From positions 12,009-76,008 of the forward strand of contig OMOF01000445.1 of the NCBI GenBank assembly GCA_900290375.1: a stretch of 64,000 bases of DNA, given 5' to 3'. This DNA comes from Candidatus Desulfosporosinus infrequens. Lineage in GTDB: Bacteria; Bacillota; Desulfitobacteriia; Desulfitobacteriales; Desulfitobacteriaceae. Made by a program: the position numbers and the translations under genes. The notes beneath the pieces are model-generated. The model was given only the letters and a program-made list of their open reading frames with translations, did not search any database and was not told the DNA's origin. This document shows positions 17,235-27,205 of the stretch, in pieces (within the stretch, counting starts at the first letter, position 1; every line of letters starts with the position of its first letter).

Positions 17235-17536
17235 TATCCCAGCTCCCTTGGCTTAATCAACTCAGCCATAACCCCCAACCATATTGCATCCGCTACATTC
17301 GATGTTATCCATGCCGTAATACTAGCTGCAACCAGCGTTGCGAATAAGATCAACTTAAAATCATTTATCATCGTTGTCCTCTGCCTTCGCCTGGTTATTC
17401 ACATCCGGCATTTTAAGATAATACAACCATAATATTCTTAGCATCCTGAGCATCGTCTCATTAGTCATCGTTGATTACTCTCATTAGTCCGCAAACAATG
17501 CAACGCTTTGACTTTTGGTAATAGCTCCACTCGTGC

Positions 17537-17926
17537 TTACATCTTTTCTGTTGTTTTGTCATACGCTTTCTCCTTTCGATAGTTCAACTCAAGCGTGGCG
17601 TAACCAATTATGTCGCGTATGGTGTCTTCTATCGCCTCGTCCTTTACTTGTGCAGGATTATTATCCAATTGTTCGATGCGGTTCAGCTTGTCCGATATGC
17701 GGATATAGAATCCTACCGGGCCATATTTGTCACGAAGTTGATCATAGGAATTTCCGTAGTCAGTGTTTTTACGTTCGATCAGATCAGCTATTGGATTAAG
17801 GATTTCGGAGAATTTGTTTTCCTTCGGAACTTCGATTGGCATCCAACATTTAAGCCTTGGGATGCATTGATTACATACTATCTGGGCATTATCATACTTA
17901 CAGGTTTTGCACGTTTTATTGATCAT
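17537..17926 (-). CDS. DUF1599 / nucleotide-modification-associated domain protein
   Basis: RKNTDYGNSY...IRISDKLNRI...EAIEDTIRDIIGYA. Confidence 0.85.
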   Translation of the reverse strand: MINKTCKTCKYDNAQIVCNQCIPRLKCWMPIEVPKENKFSEILNPIADLIERKNTDYGNSYDQLRDKYGPVGFYIRISDKLNRIEQLDNNPAQVKDEAIEDTIRDIIGYATLELNYRKEKAYDKTTEKM

Positions 17927-18119
17927 TTTGTTCCCCCTTAGCATCGAATATCTCAAGCCTCTTCAGCTCCATCTCGCCATTGACAACTCGACTAAATATG
18001 TCGCAAAGGATAGCGTTGAGGTCGTTTCGACTTTTGATAGGCGTTGCTTCTGATCGCTTACCGCTGGCCGGAATATCTCCTGCGTAGTATTTGCCGTTGA
18101 TGGCTAGGATTTTATTCAT
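17916..18119 (-). CDS. Hypothetical protein
   Basis: MNKILAING start overlapping the upstream stop. Confidence 0.5.
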   Translation of the reverse strand: MNKILAINGKYYAGDIPASGKRSEATPIKSRNDLNAILCDIFSRVVNGEMELKRLEIFDAKGEQNDQ

Positions 18120-18646
18120 ACTTCCACAAAATATCCTTTCGAAATCAATTTCTTTTCGTGCAATATCCGTTGATCTTCGACCGATATCCCCCACTTATCC
18201 GCAATAGTATAGATCATCGTGACCGCACTCTGCGCAACGTCGAATGCCTCTTCGATTAATCTTAAAGGATTTCCTTCGCCCGTCTTAAGTCTCGGTTTCT
18301 CTCCGCTCATTTGATTATTTTTACCGATTACTTGAAGTAATTCCCCTAGCTCCTCAATCAACTTGTAGGTGCATGATTCGATAGTTGGTAGGAGTCCATT
18401 GAGTCGGTCGAAGGATATAAATTCTATGGCATCATCTTCTCTGCCTTTCGCCTCAAACCACTCCCCATCCAGACAAGTTTTCCCATCGCAATCAGGGTAT
18501 TTTTTGCAGTTGTTGCAATCCCACTTTTGTTTCCACCCTGTTAAATCATAGACCGTACAGGCCATACTACATGCTAATGTTTCGTGCTTGGCACAATTCT
18601 CGCATGTCATTTCTCGTTCTTGTCTCATTTCACCGCATTCTTTCAT
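18116..18646 (-). CDS. MazG-like NTP pyrophosphatase with Cys-rich N-terminus
   Basis: KLIEELGELLQ...EEAFDVAQSA...H..KL..KGY. Confidence 0.8.
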   Translation of the reverse strand: MKECGEMRQEREMTCENCAKHETLACSMACTVYDLTGWKQKWDCNNCKKYPDCDGKTCLDGEWFEAKGREDDAIEFISFDRLNGLLPTIESCTYKLIEELGELLQVIGKNNQMSGEKPRLKTGEGNPLRLIEEAFDVAQSAVTMIYTIADKWGISVEDQRILHEKKLISKGYFVEV

Positions 18647-18698
18647 TTTGTACCTCCAATTTTTATTTAATTATTGCTATTTAGTTAAACTTTACTTA

Positions 18699-19211
18699 TT
18701 AAAAATCTCCATATAATTCAAGATAGTCTAAAACTACACCACCACACTGACAAACAACATTAAATCCATCAAACTCGCTAATTGGTATACTCTTCCTTCC
18801 TCCTGAGAGTGCATCATTCCAAAACCGCATGAGCTCATCTAGTTCCAGCCTGTAGATTTTATACTTGGTTGTCATTTCGATGAGTAGGAAGGATGTTCCG
18901 CCTTGAGCCTGCCAATTCTTTAGAAATTCAATTTGATGTGGTTCGATGTTGGATAAAGGGAATCGTTTTTGATCGTGGCATTGTTTGGCATCAAAGGCGA
19001 CAGGTGCTCGTCCTTTTACTACTCCAATGTAATCTATTGTTGATTTTTCGCTTGGATAAGCTGACGTAACTTTTCCTTTTGACCAAATAACTTTCCAAGG
19101 AACCCAAACTTTTTGGATAAGAGCATCACCTTTGGCTTGGTATTGCTCGTTGGCATGTTCGATAAGTTGCTCTAGCCCCTTACCCCTATTAGCGTATAGC
19201 GTATTACTCAC
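18699..19211 (-). CDS. recU: Holliday junction resolvase RecU
   Basis: ANRGKGLE, KSTIDYIG, AFDAKQC, FPLSNIEPHQ. Confidence 0.92.
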   Translation of the reverse strand: MSNTLYANRGKGLEQLIEHANEQYQAKGDALIQKVWVPWKVIWSKGKVTSAYPSEKSTIDYIGVVKGRAPVAFDAKQCHDQKRFPLSNIEPHQIEFLKNWQAQGGTSFLLIEMTTKYKIYRLELDELMRFWNDALSGGRKSIPISEFDGFNVVCQCGGVVLDYLELYGDF

Positions 19212-19329
19212 TACTTAATTCCCATCCTCCGATCCGTCTTATCCGCCGTTTTCACCATCGCTATTGTCACAATGTAAATAATAATGGCAATTGTGGATAT
19301 TGCGCCTGTCCAAAACCCTTGCCACCACA

Positions 19330-19770
19330 CTAGGAATCACCTCTTTCCATGTACAATAAGACAGCCTTGCAAATGGCTCCTGACGCCGTATCGGCTACCA
19401 CCCAATCATATTCAATAGTGGCTTTATATACAGTTTCGTCGCCGATACCTGAATAATGTTGGAGATTAGTTGGATAGAAACGGTCAAATAGTTTCATGGC
19501 ATCCTCAATACTTCTTGACCAATCTTTTAAGCCATGGACGATATGTTTCATTTCATCAATTTCGCTAGCCTCTATTTGCCTGTATCTTTCCTTCATGATT
19601 TCCGGATTCCTAAAGGCTCTCCACGGTTCCCTATCGTTGGGTTTTTGGAAAATGACATAAAGGTAATCACCTCTTTTTTCTTCCCAAATTGTCCAACTTA
19701 AGACTTTTGTTGCTATTAATAGATTTAGTTTCGTGCCGGGTTTTAAGGTTAAAATCTCATCTCTACTCAC
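19330..19770 (-). CDS. Phage ABA-sandwich / BC1872-like protein
   Basis: PG.KLN..IA..V..W, WS.SIEDAM, AICKAVL. Confidence 0.7.
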   Translation of the reverse strand: MSRDEILTLKPGTKLNLLIATKVLSWTIWEEKRGDYLYVIFQKPNDREPWRAFRNPEIMKERYRQIEASEIDEMKHIVHGLKDWSRSIEDAMKLFDRFYPTNLQHYSGIGDETVYKATIEYDWVVADTASGAICKAVLLYMERGDS

Positions 19771-19976
19771 TCAACATTCCCCCTCTTCGCCTTTTTCTTC
19801 TTATTCAAAATCTTCTCACATACCCAGCTCATACACTCGCCACATGATCCATTGCACGCTTCTTTCAGCGTTTCACAAACTAAGCCAGCTCCATCTTCGC
19901 GAGGTGCAGATTCGGGGCATTGTAGGCACTTACACGGACTTCTTACGCGCAGCTTCGATTTAGCTATAGTGATCAA
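19767..19976 (-). CDS. Cys-rich hypothetical protein
   Basis: Coupled ORF, AAGGA RBS. Confidence 0.5.
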   Translation of the reverse strand: MITIAKSKLRVRSPCKCLQCPESAPREDGAGLVCETLKEACNGSCGECMSWVCEKILNKKKKAKRGNVE

Positions 19977-19996
19977 TCCTTTCTGTTTGTCGAATT

Positions 19997-20200
19997 TTAG
20001 AAGGGTAGCTTAGGTAATTCCTCTAGTAATGGGTTTCTACCATAAACCCTTACCTCGCATTCATCGCAGAAGACAGGGTTTATTGGCATCCCCCTGCATC
20101 CGCATTGTTCACCTTTACAGCAAAATTCTGGTTCGTATTCGTCGTAGACTTCTATTTCTTTGTGGCATCCATCGCATTCGTAGATTTTCAACCGAATCAC
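19997..20200 (-). CDS. Small zinc-finger protein
   Basis: CDGC...CC...CGC.G.PI.P..CDEC. Confidence 0.6.
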   Translation of the reverse strand: MIRLKIYECDGCHKEIEVYDEYEPEFCCKGEQCGCRGMPINPVFCDECEVRVYGRNPLLEELPKLPF

Positions 20201-20208
20201 TCCTTTTG

Positions 20209-20727
20209 TTAATTGATATAATTTGACATTAATTTTGCCCCGGCTTCTTGTACGACCTTAACCGCTTGTTCAAGTTCTTTATATACTCCTAGCCCTATCT
20301 GTTTTCGATTAATCATTAAGTAGGCTCGCCATTTTTTGGATGATTTGCGCCAACTAACGCCCCTAAATCCTGAATTAGTTTTGCATTCTGCTTTTCTATT
20401 TTGCATGTTTACTGAATGAGTTACATTTCTAAGATTCCCTTTTGTATTATTTAATGTGTCATGGTCAACGTGATCTACCACTAAATCATCGGGGCAATTG
20501 GTTATTAATCGATGTAGGCGTTTTGGTTTCAATCCTTCGCTAATCGACACATTACTTATGGCATAAAACGAACTTGTCCCTTCAGACCAAAGAGCATGCC
20601 ACTTTGCACCACCTTTTTGGGCTATCTCTAAATCCTCCCTATCAATTAAAGTTTCCATCACAGATCCATCTTCTCTATCTAAAAATATTGCCACTTTATC
20701 CCCTCTAAATTCGAATCTGTTTTTCAT
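20209..20727 (-). CDS. HNH-AP2 homing endonuclease
   Basis: LHRLI...VDHVDHDTLNN...NLR; SGFRGVSW...KWRA. Confidence 0.9.
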   Translation of the reverse strand: MKNRFEFRGDKVAIFLDREDGSVMETLIDREDLEIAQKGGAKWHALWSEGTSSFYAISNVSISEGLKPKRLHRLITNCPDDLVVDHVDHDTLNNTKGNLRNVTHSVNMQNRKAECKTNSGFRGVSWRKSSKKWRAYLMINRKQIGLGVYKELEQAVKVVQEAGAKLMSNYIN

Positions 20728-20822
20728 ATTCTCACCTCCTTTTCTTATCTATATTATACCATAAGCTTACCTAAGTTGCACTAAGGTTAAGCATGGTATA
20801 TAATATAATTCGAGGTGAGGAA

Positions 20823-20984
20823 ATGGGAGATTTAAAAAACAGGCAAAGATATACAACTTCCTTGGATAATGAGCTAGTGGAAAAGCTCAAAAAGTTATCA
20901 GAGAAGACGAAAATTGCCCAATCAAAGTTACTGGATGAAGCAATAGAATTAGTTCTTAAGAAATATGGGAAGCCTGATAAGTAA
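20823..20984 (+). CDS. Ribbon-helix-helix protein
   Basis: LKNRQRYTTSLDNELVEKLKKLSEKTKIAQSKLLDEAI; own TTGCAC-17-TATAAT promoter. Confidence 0.8.
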   Translation: MGDLKNRQRYTTSLDNELVEKLKKLSEKTKIAQSKLLDEAIELVLKKYGKPDK

Positions 20985-21023
20985 GGGTTTCCCTTCCTTT
21001 CTGGTATTTAATTAGAATGATTA

Positions 21024-21432
21024 TCAAAAAGGAATGTCATCATCTAAGGAAACTCCGTGACCAAATGAGCCTTTAGCCTCACTTGAGCTATTCGAGGATT
21101 CCGATAAGTTGCTATTCTTCGGGCTAAGGAATTCCACTTCGTCGGCAATCACGTCGTATGACCTTTTTTTTATTGCCATCCTTATCCGTGTAATCACTAA
21201 TCTGTAGCGACCCTGTGACAAGGGCCTTATTTCCTTTTGCTAATGCGTTTGCACATAGCTCTGCAAGCTGTTTAAAACATTTCACGTTAATAAAATCTGT
21301 CTCTTTCTCGCCTGCGGAATTCTTAAACCTTCGCCCGACCGCTAGTGTGAAGTTGGAAATAGCAACGCCCGAAGTTCCATAGCGTAACTCACAATCCCTC
21401 GTTAAATTCCCTGACAAAATAATCTTATTCAT
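21024..21432 (-). CDS. ssb: Single-stranded DNA-binding protein, split by one extra A in an A8 run at 21164-21171
   Basis: MNKIILSGNLTRD.ELRY...ETDFI in one frame; VIADEVEFL...DDDIPF in the next. Confidence 0.85.
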
Positions 21433-21607
21433 GCTCACTTACCTCTTTCTGCTCAATCTCGAACTTAGCCCATAACCACACAATGATATTTAACAGATCA
21501 TCCTTGGTTGTTCCGTTGTGAGTTACTAGGTCTAACTCGTTTTGCACAACTTTAATCTTTTGATATTCTTCTAGCTCATCCCAATTTGGATATTTCATTT
21601 TTGGCAC
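21425..21607 (-). CDS. Hypothetical protein
   Basis: RBS; THNGTTKDDL motif. Confidence 0.6.
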   Translation of the reverse strand: MPKMKYPNWDELEEYQKIKVVQNELDLVTHNGTTKDDLLNIIVWLWAKFEIEQKEVSEHE

Positions 21608-21619
21608 ATCCTCATCCTT

Positions 21620-22024
21620 TTAGATCAAGTATCCTTTTCCCTTGCAACATTCGCACACCTTCCATTGAGTACACATACCCAAGTCGATAAACCAACCCTC
21701 AAGAACCTCGGTTACCTTTAGCCCCATGCCTTTGTCACCCACCTCTTTTGGCTGTTTCGAACAAGGACTTATATTGCTATCACACTCACATTCATCGCAC
21801 TCTTCACAGGCAGTAACCATCGGCATCTTGTCCCACAATATGGATTCCGGCGTTGCTGTGCATTTTTGCTCACCAAGCATTTGCTTTATCGCTGGATTAA
21901 GATTAATTGACCAAAAAAGCATAGCCTTGTTATCCTCATCGTGCCTTAGTGGATGCTTGCCTAAGTAAATGTGAGTCGGTCCACCTTCGAATTCGTTGAT
22001 TATTCTTGGATTCATTTTAAACAC
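21620..22024 (-). CDS. Cys-rich hypothetical protein
   Basis: GAGGA RBS; operon context. Confidence 0.55.
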   Translation of the reverse strand: MFKMNPRIINEFEGGPTHIYLGKHPLRHDEDNKAMLFWSINLNPAIKQMLGEQKCTATPESILWDKMPMVTACEECDECECDSNISPCSKQPKEVGDKGMGLKVTEVLEGWFIDLGMCTQWKVCECCKGKGYLI

Positions 22025-22040
22025 ACATCCTCATTATTTT

Positions 22041-22736
22041 CTATTGTCCTATTGGTTCGCTTATTTTCTCGAATTCCAGTACATACACCCACGGATTTAA
22101 GCCCCATCCGTAGCCTCGTTTTTTGTTTAAATTATCCCAAAGTTCACTAAATGCATCCCTGGCCGTGAGATCAAATTCGGCAACATCGTCAAATTTTCCA
22201 TCACCTATTTTGTCGTGAAAATCAATACAACCTTCGCTTCTTGCGTCTTCCTCAGTTATGATCTGCAACCTCTCGGCTCTAATATTTGTCACCTTCAGGA
22301 ATAACCTAGCGGCTTTGCGTGGCATATAGATCGATGGCCGCCAGTAGTTAAAATGCTCAGGGTTATCATCTGCCCTGTATACTATTGGGCAACCTTCAAA
22401 ATCGTCGATATCAAGTTTTCCAGTTACTACCCGATAGTCCATATCAAGCTGTGACCACGTTTCTCGAACCCAAAGGATATCTCCGACATCACGGGGTATT
22501 TTGCAATAATGACTTACCCGCCCATTATCCGACTCCCAGCACACGCACCCCTCGTTTTTGGAATTTGTCGAACTCGTGATTCTGCCAATAATATGATAAT
22601 TTTCAGGCGGTTGATATTTAACTACTCGCCTTGTTTGAGTTTTCCTCCCTTCCAGAATCGCATTAATGGACTCACTAGAAAAAATTATCGGCTTTTCTTT
22701 AATCATTTTTTGCTCCTTTCTAGGCCCTCTATCCAT
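22041..22736 (-). CDS. ASCH-like phage protein
   Basis: EKPIIFS...AILEGRKTQTRR, GDILWVRETW, WRPSIYMPR.A.R, NPWV. Confidence 0.8.
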   Translation of the reverse strand: MDRGPRKEQKMIKEKPIIFSSESINAILEGRKTQTRRVVKYQPPENYHIIGRITSSTNSKNEGCVCWESDNGRVSHYCKIPRDVGDILWVRETWSQLDMDYRVVTGKLDIDDFEGCPIVYRADDNPEHFNYWRPSIYMPRKAARLFLKVTNIRAERLQIITEEDARSEGCIDFHDKIGDGKFDDVAEFDLTARDAFSELWDNLNKKRGYGWGLNPWVYVLEFEKISEPIGQ

Positions 22737-22822
22737 CTCGCCTTATAGTTTTGTACCTATTTTAATTTATCCAAGCCCTAGCACCACTCTATGGCCCTCT
22801 CATAGGATTATGCTCACTCCCA

Positions 22823-23443
22823 TCATGCGCGGATTACTCGCAATAACATCTCCTCAAATTCAATCTCCCTCAGCTCTCGAAGCGACCTTATGTTATCTCC
22901 CACGACAACCCATGCTTGCTTTATTTTTTCTTCAAGGCCAAAGTTCTCGTCAATATTTGCCATGATTCTGTCCATGACTTCTTCCGTTTCCTCGACTTCT
23001 CGCGCGGTCCATGTTGGTTCTGGTTCGGCTAGGTCGCCAACATCATGATACAAATATGATTCATCCTCAACTTTTTCGTCGAAACATTCTGCTTCATATG
23101 TCCCGTAACATTCTGAAACTTCGCTTTGTGATGTTTTAGGTTCGACTTTACCAACTTCCGCACAATCATCCACCCCCTCACTCTCCAACGCCTCAGACAC
23201 ATCTTCTCGCTCTTCTACGGCAACCTCAGCCACTTCCTCCGCACTCTCTTTAACTTGCTCGATGACCACCTTTCTTATCTTGATCTTCGCGTTAGCCTCC
23301 AACCCTTTTTTAAGCAAATAAGCTACACTTGTGCTAACGTCATACTTTCGCGCTACGTCGATGGTTAGCCCAATCGCGTTAAACTGTTCTATTGTTGTTA
23401 TTTCTGCTCGCAATTTGTTTGCATTTTCAGATATTTTTGACAT
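22823..23443 (-). CDS. Acidic hypothetical protein with possible HTH
   Basis: DVARKYDVSTSVAY; RBS GAGGAGG. Confidence 0.55.
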   Translation of the reverse strand: MSKISENANKLRAEITTIEQFNAIGLTIDVARKYDVSTSVAYLLKKGLEANAKIKIRKVVIEQVKESAEEVAEVAVEEREDVSEALESEGVDDCAEVGKVEPKTSQSEVSECYGTYEAECFDEKVEDESYLYHDVGDLAEPEPTWTAREVEETEEVMDRIMANIDENFGLEEKIKQAWVVVGDNIRSLRELREIEFEEMLLRVIRA

Positions 23444-23675
23444 GTTCAGCCTCCTCATTCTTGTTATAGTTGCGTTTTCCATTGTCTGAGTATCCTAATT
23501 CGTCCCAATCGAAGATACCCACGTTCGAGCCCATGTCATGTTTGGCTCTAAAATTGCAGATCCTTTTGGTGTTGCATCGTAATTCCTCCGCTATTTGCCT
23601 GTCTGTAAGTCCGTTTAGCCATAGTTGCTCGATAGCTTCAGCTTCCATAGGGCTTATTGATTGTGCCATTTTCAT
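23427..23675 (-). CDS. Small HTH protein
   Basis: GLTDRQIAEELRCN...R. Confidence 0.65.
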   Translation of the reverse strand: MKMAQSISPMEAEAIEQLWLNGLTDRQIAEELRCNTKRICNFRAKHDMGSNVGIFDWDELGYSDNGKRNYNKNEEAEHVKNI

Positions 23676-24021
23676 TTTGTACCTCCCTAACAAGTTTTAC
23701 TCCATAAAAATCCATCAACTTCGCACATGTAGGGCAAGGTATAGGATCAACCTCATCAGCGCATACTAGATACAACTCTGCACCTTCAAGGCTTTCCCTC
23801 GCATTAATGAGTGCCATTTGCTCTGCATGCACACTAGAACATTCGGCGTAATCTCCTACGTTATGCTCTATATCCAATCTGGAGCACGTAACGCATGTTG
23901 TAGGGCTTGTATTCCATCCCTTTGATATAATCTGACCATGCAGGACGATTACGCATGCGTAGCGACGCTTGAGGCAGTTCGAGCAGGGTAATAGTTTTCG
24001 TGCTTCGTCGAAGTAGTTCAA
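23638..24021 (-). CDS. dCMP deaminase-like protein
   Basis: SNCLKRRYA, VHAEQMALI, PCPTCAK. Confidence 0.9.
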   Translation of the reverse strand: MNYFDEARKLLPCSNCLKRRYACVIVLHGQIISKGWNTSPTTCVTCSRLDIEHNVGDYAECSSVHAEQMALINARESLEGAELYLVCADEVDPIPCPTCAKLMDFYGVKLVREVQNENGTINKPYGS

Positions 24022-24743
24022 ATGTTACCCTCCATAGCTTTTCTCAAATCATCCTTGATGTAATAATTGCACCCGTGCATCTTAAGTACCATTTCGACAT
24101 TCTCGCCAGTCTGTTTCCAGTCAATCTGATTCGCTCTTGAATCGTAATTCCAGCGACCAACTTTCCAAAGGTCAACGTGTTTATGGAGAATATGGATAAA
24201 GTCAAGTGCATCGGCAGGAATGATGATAGGCTCAAGACTTACCCATGTTTTTATTCCAAGCGTTCTTGCCGTTATGATGGCAGCTATTCGATCATCTACG
24301 GGTGCTGCGCCTTTTTCCCACCGTTCAGAGCATTTGCGGACAGTCAAGGTTGTCCCGAACGAATCACCCTTTTCGTACAAGCTAAAATCTCTACTCGCCC
24401 TCATGCCGCCTTTTGTTAGAACGGTGAAGTTTGCTCCTGCGTTTTTGATGGCTTCGATAATTTCTTTGGTTGGAGTTGTGTCAATATCGCAATAAGGATC
24501 TGTTGAAAAGCATAGAAGGATATTCTTGCCTTTGAACTTACCGCTTGATAATTGCTTTTTGGTCGCTTCAACTATTCCTTCGCGCGGTTTAACGTCAGCG
24601 AAATCTTCGTTTGGTTTCCATCTGTCGTGCATCTTTTTGGCAAAGCAATAAGTACATAAATGTGAACATCCCTCGTAGATATTAAGAGCTAAGGGTGCAT
24701 ATTCAAGAGCTTTTCCGCTCGGCTTATAAATCGGATTGATCAT
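24018..24743 (-). CDS. Radical SAM protein (SplB/Rv2578c-like)
   Basis: NIYEGCSHLCTYCF, STDPY, LTKG, TWVSLEP. Confidence 0.85.
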   Translation of the reverse strand: MINPIYKPSGKALEYAPLALNIYEGCSHLCTYCFAKKMHDRWKPNEDFADVKPREGIVEATKKQLSSGKFKGKNILLCFSTDPYCDIDTTPTKEIIEAIKNAGANFTVLTKGGMRASRDFSLYEKGDSFGTTLTVRKCSERWEKGAAPVDDRIAAIITARTLGIKTWVSLEPIIIPADALDFIHILHKHVDLWKVGRWNYDSRANQIDWKQTGENVEMVLKMHGCNYYIKDDLRKAMEGNI

Positions 24744-24758
24744 ATTCTTCCTCCTCTA

Positions 24759-24941
24759 TTAGTCCCTATAGGCTTTTATACACTTCCCGATATCCATTTG
24801 CGTACCTGCACTTTTTGCAAGAACTGAACCCACTAACACGGAATCAAGGAATTCCCTAGCCTTCTTAGCTTCGTCGGGCGTTAGGTAATCTCTATATGTT
24901 TTTCGTGGCTTTTTGAATTGTCGGGCTGTTTTACCGAGCAT
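24759..24941 (-). CDS. Hypothetical protein
   Basis: GGAGGG RBS. Confidence 0.55.
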   Translation of the reverse strand: MLGKTARQFKKPRKTYRDYLTPDEAKKAREFLDSVLVGSVLAKSAGTQMDIGKCIKAYRD

Positions 24942-24953
24942 GGCTTGCCCCTC

Positions 24954-25808
24954 CTAATCTTTTTTTGTCCTGTGGTCAAAATCTTTGGCAAATAATAAAT
25001 GATCTACCGTCATGCCTAAAATCCTAGATACTGTAGCCTCGCCGTAATCTCCTAATCTTTCTTCAAGTGGTTTGGGGTAGTAGTTCGTCGTAAACCCCGT
25101 CAATAGATTGGCGCGATACCTTAGATCAATCAGCCGGTAATACATCGCTTGCACCCATTCTGTGGGTTTTTCCTTGCCGACATCGTCCAAGATCAGAGCT
25201 TGAGCCTTGGCTAAAGTTTCAATCTTTGCCTCCATGCCACTTTCGTTTTTCCTGAACTGAGCATCCCTTAACTCTGCAAGTAAGTCGGCAGACGATACAA
25301 ACACAACCTGCACCCCTTTATCAAGCATGTCCTTGGCGATAATGCTGGCTAACATCGTTTTCCCTACTCCTGGATTTCCGAGCAATAAAAACCCTTTGGC
25401 GTCCGATTCACTTTTGATTAATTCAGGCCATAGCTTTAAGTAATTAATTACACCCTTGTGCATGTTTCGGTTTCCGTCGTTGACTTTATAATTAGCAAGG
25501 CTGTATCTGAGCTGTTGAGATGTTAGCCCGGATGATTTTAGTTTTCTGGCCGCGTTCTTCTTAATCTTACAAACACACTCCTTGTAAAGCGTTAGTCCGT
25601 ATAAGTCTTTTTCATCAGTGGCAACTATCTCCCGATCTTCACAATCAGAGCAGTTATATTTCTTTTCGACAGGTTTTAAACTGTATCCAGATGTTCCAGT
25701 GTTGAAAAGGTTAAGTCTGTTCCTAACTTCTTCCTCTGAGGATTTCGGAGAGTATGGGGTCCGTTTCCCAAGGTTTAGAATCTCCTTGATCGATTGAATT
25801 GCTTCCAG
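24954..25808 (-). CDS. DnaC/IstB-like helicase loader, probably CTG-initiated
   Basis: GNPGVGKT, LILDDVGKE, TTN; frame is open upstream through CSDC...CVC to a CTG placed 7 nt after GGAGGT. Confidence 0.85.
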   Translation of the reverse strand: MEAIQSIKEILNLGKRTPYSPKSSEEEVRNRLNLFNTGTSGYSLKPVEKKYNCSDCEDREIVATDEKDLYGLTLYKECVCKIKKNAARKLKSSGLTSQQLRYSLANYKVNDGNRNMHKGVINYLKLWPELIKSESDAKGFLLLGNPGVGKTMLASIIAKDMLDKGVQVVFVSSADLLAELRDAQFRKNESGMEAKIETLAKAQALILDDVGKEKPTEWVQAMYYRLIDLRYRANLLTGFTTNYYPKPLEERLGDYGEATVSRILGMTVDHLLFAKDFDHRTKKD

Positions 25809-26643
25809 TTTTGTTACCTCCCTTGGCTTTTAAGTTCTTGCCCCATTTAACACAATTTCCCAGCCACGTATTAATCTGTGATCTTGGTTTACTTTTTACA
25901 TCAAGCGGCTTATCTAGTTTGTCGAAAGACCAGTCCTTAATCGCTCCCAAGATATCTATGGTTGGGTATCGTTCTTGAAGCTCTCGGTACATTTTCAATT
26001 CCTTCGCCCTGTCAATCGGATAATCCTTAACTTTTTCAAGTGTGCGAATTAGGTCTATTTCATCAGGCAGAAGAATGAGATCATTTTCTTTTCTTTCTTT
26101 TACTTCCTTTCCTTTACTATTCTCTTCTTTAGGGATTTCTGTAGGAAATAATCCATCTTCAAGAGGATTAATGTCTACATTAACTACAGATGGTAGGTTG
26201 TTACCGTCAACATAAACCATATTTACAGTAAAATTATCAGTTTGCTTAGGTGGAGAAATAAGTAGATATTCAGATATGAGCGTTATCTCTTTGCGTCTTT
26301 CTACAGATTTGAAGTATCTTTTTTGGATTCCTCCGCTAGTAAGTATTTCGTATTTTAGATACAAGGATGAATTGAAAAATTCCCACTTAATGCAATCAGA
26401 AACTATCTCGGTGATAATATTAATGTCTACATTAACCTTACTGGAGAGTAGTAATTGTTCGCGCTCTGTCCATTTATAGAAATATCCTTCCTTATATATT
26501 TTCATAAGAAGTTTGATTAAAACCGCAAATCCAGTGATCTTATGCTTTGCTTCAATAAGCAAAACTTTGTCGTCTTGGTCCATGTCAATATCGAGGGGAA
26601 AATAATCCAATCCCTCTTTTTGCGGTCTTGCCAAGTCATTCAC
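25723..26643 (-). CDS. Replication initiator (DUF4373/Lin1244-like N-terminus)
   Basis: ARPQKEGLDYFPLD...IY.EGYF..W...ILTSGGIQKRY; upstream of the helicase loader. Confidence 0.85.
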   Translation of the reverse strand: MNDLARPQKEGLDYFPLDIDMDQDDKVLLIEAKHKITGFAVLIKLLMKIYKEGYFYKWTEREQLLLSSKVNVDINIITEIVSDCIKWEFFNSSLYLKYEILTSGGIQKRYFKSVERRKEITLISEYLLISPPKQTDNFTVNMVYVDGNNLPSVVNVDINPLEDGLFPTEIPKEENSKGKEVKERKENDLILLPDEIDLIRTLEKVKDYPIDRAKELKMYRELQERYPTIDILGAIKDWSFDKLDKPLDVKSKPRSQINTWLGNCVKWGKNLKAKGGNKTGSNSIDQGDSKPWETDPILSEILRGRS

Positions 26644-26854
26644 CTTCCACTAAAGAAAAAATATCATCATATGGAATATCAAGCTCCTCAGCTATCTTCT
26701 TGGCTGTAGCAGGACTAGGGTTGAATCTGCCCTTTTCGATTGCATAAATACTTTCCTTGGACACTCCAACCTTCTTGGCTAAATCTGCAATTGACACGCC
26801 TTTTCTTATCCTTAACTCCGCTAATTTAGCTCGGTCGGTTTTAATTTTTAACAC
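26636..26854 (-). CDS. XRE-family HTH regulator
   Basis: LAKKVGVSKESIYAIEKGRFNPS. Confidence 0.85.
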   Translation of the reverse strand: MLKIKTDRAKLAELRIRKGVSIADLAKKVGVSKESIYAIEKGRFNPSPATAKKIAEELDIPYDDIFSLVEGE

Positions 26855-26984
26855 TTACTTACCTCCGTTTCCTTAATCATCCTACTTATACATTATAACA
26901 TATACTTGTACAAGTAACAATCAATAGGTATAAATTGAAATAACTTTGTGTAGACTGTATAATACAAAGTTGGGAGGAGATATT

Positions 26985-27164
26985 ATGACTGGCGAATTAA
27001 GAAATAGAGAACGTTTTGGCGCTGCTTATGATAAAGATTTACTGGCCGGATTACGCAAATTATCAAAAGATACACGAATTCCAGCCAGTAAGTTGATTGA
27101 TGAGGCGTTAGAGGATTTATTGAAAAAATATGGAGTTGAGGTGAAGAGAGAAAGCCAGGAGTGA
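26985..27164 (+). CDS. Ribbon-helix-helix protein (paralog of 20823)
   Basis: LRNRERF...L..LSK.T.IP.SKL.DEALEDLLKKY. Confidence 0.8.
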   Translation: MTGELRNRERFGAAYDKDLLAGLRKLSKDTRIPASKLIDEALEDLLKKYGVEVKRESQE

Positions 27165-27205
27165 TTCCCTGGCTATTTTTTTACTCCCAATACATCTGAC
27201 TTTTC

